This document shows positions 60,274 to 64,000 of a stretch of 64,000 bases of DNA, one piece after another. Under the pieces are notes generated by a model, which ran no database searches, was not told the origin of the DNA, and saw only the letters and a program-made list of their open reading frames with translations. The position numbers and the translations under genes were made by a program. Where the stretch lies: positions 127,854 through 191,853 of the forward strand of contig NYUD01000011.1 in the NCBI GenBank assembly GCA_002683825.1. Reading direction: 5' to 3'. This stretch comes from Planctomycetota bacterium (GTDB lineage Bacteria > Planctomycetota > UBA1135 > GCA-002686595). Each line of letters starts with the position of its first letter. The first letter of the stretch is position 1.

Positions 60274-60786
60274 ATGCGCGCCATCGATCTCACGCTAGCC
60301 ATGTGCCTCGCCGCCGCCTGTGCGACGCCGTCAAGGAATTCGCTTCACCCCGGAGAAAAAGGAGCCGCAATCCAGGCCATCGACAAGGTGCTGGACGACC
60401 TGCACCGGGCCGCCGCGACCGCGGATGGGGACTTGTACTGGAGTCTCTACACGCCGGACGCGATCTTCGTCGGTACCGACGACAACGAACGCTGGACGCT
60501 GGAGGAGTTTCAGGAATACGCGGACCGCTACTTCGAAGGGGACTCCGCCTGGATCTACCACCCGCGCGAACGCAACGTGAGCCTGGCGCCATGCGGTGCA
60601 GTGGCCTGGTTCGACGAGAAGCTCGACAGCCAGAATTACGGAGCCGCACGGGGCTCAGGAACGCTCCTGCGTGCGAACGGGAGCTGGCGCATCGCTCACT
60701 ACGTCCTGTCCTTCCCGATCCCCAACGAGATCGCGAAACAGGTGACCGACGAGATCAAGGCGATGGAGCAGGGCTCACACAGATGA
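60274..60786 (+). CDS. NTF2/SnoaL-like fold lipoprotein
   Basis: MRAIDLTLAMCLAAACATPS (lipobox AAC). ...VLDDLHRAAATADGDLYWSLYTPDAIFVGTDDNERW...GSWRIAHYVLSFPIPN. The upstream part of the track ORF is spurious. Confidence 0.65.
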   Translation: MRAIDLTLAMCLAAACATPSRNSLHPGEKGAAIQAIDKVLDDLHRAAATADGDLYWSLYTPDAIFVGTDDNERWTLEEFQEYADRYFEGDSAWIYHPRERNVSLAPCGAVAWFDEKLDSQNYGAARGSGTLLRANGSWRIAHYVLSFPIPNEIAKQVTDEIKAMEQGSHR

Positions 60787-60789
60787 GCT

Positions 60790-62766
60790 CTATTCCGACG
60801 TGCCGTTCTCAGCGGGTTCGGCCTGATCGCTCTCCTCTTCCTCGAAGTCGTCACTGGCGAGCCACAGGTTGTACCGGGCAGCCAGGGTCTCGTAGTCGAG
60901 CGTATCGGCGACAGCGGTGAGGGCATCAGAGCGAGCGCGCATCTTGTAGCCTTCGTAGTCGATGGGCATCATGAGATCGAGCGAGACCGGACGCTTGGCG
61001 GCCATGCGGATGAGGTAAACGGCACTCTTGTCGCGTGCACTAAGGGGTTCGGCAACCTCGTCCGTGTCGAGGTCATAGTAGTCCTTGTGCGTCGCGATGA
61101 ACTTGTTCGGAGCCGCCTCCCAATCAGGGTCCTCGTCGATACTCCCGCCCTTGTCCACGAAGTCGCGGTAGCCGGTCGCCAGGTCGGCTGCTGCGGCCGC
61201 TGCCTGGAAGGCGTCGGCGTCGGCCCGGCGGAAGGGACCTTCGGGTGCCTGGAAGGCGTCCTCGTCCTCTTCCTTGGTGAACTCCTCGAGGCTTTCCCAG
61301 ATCTCCTGAAGCCTCCCGGTGGCGAGCTCTTCGGCCTTCGGAGCGATCCACTTTTCGACCACCTCGCCCCGAATGTCCTCGAAGGGCGGCAAGACGCGTT
61401 CCTGGACCTCGGTCGTGCGCACGATGACCACGCGGTCGCCGGTCGCCACGAGGCTGAAGCCGAACCCCCCGGCCAGGGCCTGGAAGGTGTAACTCACGAG
61501 GGTCGCGGTCGACTCGTCTTCCTTGAAGAACGTCTCCTCCGGCATCTCCTCCCGGGTCTTGAAATCGATACTCGTGTGCTCGAGCCCCAGGCGCCCGGCC
61601 TCCGCGGCCAGATCGATCTCCTCCCCGGCCGCCTGGCGTCCCTGCAGGTCGCCCAGCCAGGCCTGCATGGCGAAGTAGATGGGCGCCTCCGCCATGGTCC
61701 GCTCCTGGGTCTCTTCCTGGCTGAGGTAGCGTTCCTGAGCGGCCGGCGTCTCGTCCTCGGAGAGATCCTCTTGCGGTCGCGTGAAGCGGCTGAAGTAGAC
61801 GCGGTTGTAGTACTCCTCCGCCATCTCCTCCGGATCGCGTTCCGACTCGTCCGGGTACTCGGCCAGGAGAGCCGTACCCGGCGTCTCTTCGAGATTGACG
61901 AAGTACACGTATTCCGCTTTGCGACGCTCGGGTGTCATGAGCGCTTCTCGCTCGACCTCGGGCTGTTCGTCGAACCAGGCCGAAAGGGCCTCGTCATCCG
62001 GAAGCTCCTTGCGGGCTTCCTCCTTCATGTCGTCGATAGCGAGGCTCATGTAATCGAACGCGAGCTCTTCGTGTTGATCGTGCCACAGCTCTTCGATCAT
62101 ATTCGGATCCGCCAGCGCACCTGCGTTCCCCGCCAGCTGCAGAAAACGAGTCGCCCTCAGAACGCGCAGCAGCGTGCCCTCGACGGCTTCGACCCCGTAA
62201 TCGTCGACAAAGCGGTCGTACATCTCCCTGGATATACCCTGAAGCTCGTTGCTCTCCTTGAGGTGCATACCCAGTTCGCGCCGCGAGACAACGATCCCCG
62301 CCTCATTCGCCATCCGCTCGAGCACGAGCAGGCGCGCAAGCTGACGTTCGTTCGGCTCGCGATCGAAAATCCCCAGGGGTATGGCAGCGAATGGGCTGAT
62401 GCGTAGAGCGTTGTGGAAAGTGCGCATCTGGGCGAAGAAATCTCCGCTGCTCACCTGGACCTCCTCGCCGCCCGGCGTCGTCCAGCTCACGTAGGACTCC
62501 TCCGCTCCTCCGCCTCCGCTCGCGCCGCCTATGAGGGCGCTTGGAATGGTAAAGACCAGGAGGAGAAAGATGATGAGCACGAGCGTCAGGATGAAACGCA
62601 TCCTGCTCTTCTCCTTGGGAACCGCGAGTAGCTCGTCGGGTATCTCGAAGGAAGAGGGATCTTCGGCCTGTTCACTCTCGCCGGATGCAACGGCGCTGGC
62701 GGAACGGTGCGCGGAGTGGGAACGCTTCCTGCGTTGCTTCCGCTTCTGGTGGGATCGCTTGGACAT
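60790..62766 (-). CDS. PpiD/SurA-N-like periplasmic chaperone, membrane anchored; no clear parvulin motif seen
   Basis: Basic N-terminus and TM (RFILTLVLIIFLLLVFTI), a long acidic helical region, C-terminal ...GGFGFSLVATGDRVVIVRTTEVQERVLPPFEDIRGEVVEKW... resembling the PpiD C-terminus. Confidence 0.5.
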   Translation of the reverse strand: MSKRSHQKRKQRRKRSHSAHRSASAVASGESEQAEDPSSFEIPDELLAVPKEKSRMRFILTLVLIIFLLLVFTIPSALIGGASGGGGAEESYVSWTTPGGEEVQVSSGDFFAQMRTFHNALRISPFAAIPLGIFDREPNERQLARLLVLERMANEAGIVVSRRELGMHLKESNELQGISREMYDRFVDDYGVEAVEGTLLRVLRATRFLQLAGNAGALADPNMIEELWHDQHEELAFDYMSLAIDDMKEEARKELPDDEALSAWFDEQPEVEREALMTPERRKAEYVYFVNLEETPGTALLAEYPDESERDPEEMAEEYYNRVYFSRFTRPQEDLSEDETPAAQERYLSQEETQERTMAEAPIYFAMQAWLGDLQGRQAAGEEIDLAAEAGRLGLEHTSIDFKTREEMPEETFFKEDESTATLVSYTFQALAGGFGFSLVATGDRVVIVRTTEVQERVLPPFEDIRGEVVEKWIAPKAEELATGRLQEIWESLEEFTKEEDEDAFQAPEGPFRRADADAFQAAAAAADLATGYRDFVDKGGSIDEDPDWEAAPNKFIATHKDYYDLDTDEVAEPLSARDKSAVYLIRMAAKRPVSLDLMMPIDYEGYKMRARSDALTAVADTLDYETLAARYNLWLASDDFEEEESDQAEPAENGTSE

Positions 62767-62923
62767 GGGCTCGATGGGAGCGCCGAGAGGGGGCGCTGCC
62801 TGTTGAAGGCTTTCTTCGGCCTTTCCTCAGGTGAGGAGAAGGCACAAGTGTAATTAGGGCCACGCGGCGGGCGCAACGGAGAGCCACCCTTCGGTGGACC
62901 CCGGAATGGGATTTCTAGCCGAG

Positions 62924-63640
62924 CTAGCCCTCGATAAGCTCGCCGTCCCGCGGAAGTTCCTTCAGGCTGTCCAGCCCGAAGCGCTCGAGGAATTCCTTCG
63001 TGGTTCCGTAGAGCAACGGTGAGCCCGGTACGTCGGCCCGCCCGGTGACGCGGATCAGCCGCCGGTCCACCAGGGCCCGCAGGACAGGTCCCGCCTGAAC
63101 CCCGCGGACGGCCTCGACCTCGGCTTTGGTGACCGGTTGGCGGTAAGCGACGATGGCGAGGCTCTCCAGGGCCGCTCCGCTGATTTTTTCGGGCCGCGAT
63201 TCCTTCTTGAGGCGCTGGATGATCTCGCCCTGGGAGGCCGCCGTCACGAGGCGCCAGGTCCCGGCCACACGCCGCAGGACCAGTGGAAAGGGCGATTCCT
63301 CGAGGTCCCGGCTGAGCCGGGTCAGGACGTCCTTGACGCGCGCCATGGCCGGTCGTTCGAGGAGCTCCTGCAGGCGACCGGCGGAGAGAGGCTCCGGCGT
63401 TGCGAAAAAGAGGCAGAAGGCCTCTCTGCAGAGTTCCTCGTCGCTTTTCTTCTGACCCCGCCCAGGGCGCTTGCCGGGGGCCGTGGTCTCCTCCTTGAAG
63501 TCCTCCTCGAGGGCTTCCTGGAGCAGTGCCTCGTCGGCCAGCTCCGCGGGCACCTCGGGGCTTTCCGGCGAGGACTCGGAGGGGGCGTGCGAACGTTCTT
63601 CTGCCTCGGGCGGGGTTTCGGCCACGGGTGAAATCTCCAC
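62924..63640 (-). CDS. scpB: Segregation and condensation protein B
   Basis: ...LESLAIVAYRQPVTKAEVEAVRGVQAGPVLRALVDRRLIRVTGRADVPGSPLLYGTTKEFLERFGL... with an acidic N-terminal extension. Confidence 0.9.
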   Translation of the reverse strand: MEISPVAETPPEAEERSHAPSESSPESPEVPAELADEALLQEALEEDFKEETTAPGKRPGRGQKKSDEELCREAFCLFFATPEPLSAGRLQELLERPAMARVKDVLTRLSRDLEESPFPLVLRRVAGTWRLVTAASQGEIIQRLKKESRPEKISGAALESLAIVAYRQPVTKAEVEAVRGVQAGPVLRALVDRRLIRVTGRADVPGSPLLYGTTKEFLERFGLDSLKELPRDGELIEG

Positions 63641-63729
63641 GGTCGGGTAGCATCCCGTTCGATGCCCGCCCGATCAAGCGGAGAGTGTACGGAGCCCGGC
63701 GAACCGCCCCCCGAATTCGCACCGCCTGT

Positions 63730-64000
63730 TCAGCGCGCGGTTCCCAGGAGCTCGACCAGCCCCTCCAGCTCCACCGGGTAGCGTTGCTCGATGCCGAGCT
63801 TCCAGGAGAGAAACTCTCCGTCGGAGACCGGAAATTCCTCCAGAGTCCGCTCCACGGCCTCCCGCAGCTGGCTCCAGTGGCCCTCGATCGGCTCTCGGAA
63901 TTCCTCGACTTTGACCAGGAACAGGTGATCGGCGGTCTCGAGCGGACCACCGACCTCGCCGACCTTCGTCCGGAAGGCGAGCCGCGCCAGGGGAGCGTAC
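63730..64000 (-). CDS. C-terminal part of a parvulin-type peptidyl-prolyl isomerase (SurA/PrsA-like); the gene runs off the right edge
   Basis: Own translation: ...FRTKVGEVGGPLETADHLFLVKVEEFREPIEGHWSQLREAVERTLEE...LLGTAR*. G-x-V-x-GP-x-ET-x-x-x-H-L-x-x-V resembles the parvulin C-terminal strand. TGA at 63732-63730. Confidence 0.55.
   Translation of the reverse strand, partial: YAPLARLAFRTKVGEVGGPLETADHLFLVKVEEFREPIEGHWSQLREAVERTLEEFPVSDGEFLSWKLGIEQRYPVELEGLVELLGTAR

Overview
64-kb chromosomal window from a high-GC bacterium; hand-counted 60-nt lines in typical genes are about two-thirds GC. kdsA, lnt, RND efflux pumps and a GspK-like pseudopilin indicate a diderm. I cannot assign a lineage from sequence alone. 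I support about 50 densely packed CDS, many joined by 4-nt ATGA/GTGA overlaps, and most are housekeeping genes. Left to right: a partial M20 peptidase and a secreted DUF1028 Ntn-hydrolase. A methylmalonyl/propionyl-CoA operon (mutase large subunit, epimerase, carboxyltransferase, biotin carboxylase, BCCP). A 1049-aa protein with about 9 CarboxypepD_reg-like repeats. rluD, an FGE/SUMF1-domain protein interrupted at an A10 tract, valS, an RmlD-like reductase, a DAG-kinase-family lipid kinase and kdsA. An ~820-bp non-coding gap. A 15-gene minus-strand array: fliA-like sigma, ybeY, phoH, cdsA, uppS, purA, hyuB, gspK-like, mreB, a small tail-anchored protein, a coiled-coil protein, lnt, moeA. An MFP plus two tandem RND permeases, then ribH-nusB-ftsY. 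An envelope-glycan block: O-antigen-ligase/TPR, YfhO-like, two GT2, an HhH-GPD protein, an OmpR/HK pair, an FAD oxidoreductase, two SAM methyltransferases, an NTF2 lipoprotein. Finally a PpiD-like chaperone, scpB and a partial parvulin. I saw no rRNA, tRNA, CRISPR array, transposase or integrase. No classical defence or mobile island is evident. The most unusual items are: (1) the structured, terminator-capped non-coding region at 20.2-21.0 kb; (2) a dense ATACGG/CCGTAT hairpin array after mreB, whose core palindrome recurs upstream of phoH; (3) an orphan GspK-like gene translationally coupled to an orphan hyuB; (4) a CsbB/YfhO-type glycosylation module in a diderm; (5) a frameshift inside an A10 run of the FGE-domain gene; (6) a coiled-coil MreC-like/tail-anchored pair next to mreB. 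All functional calls rest on motif recognition by eye; no database search was run.
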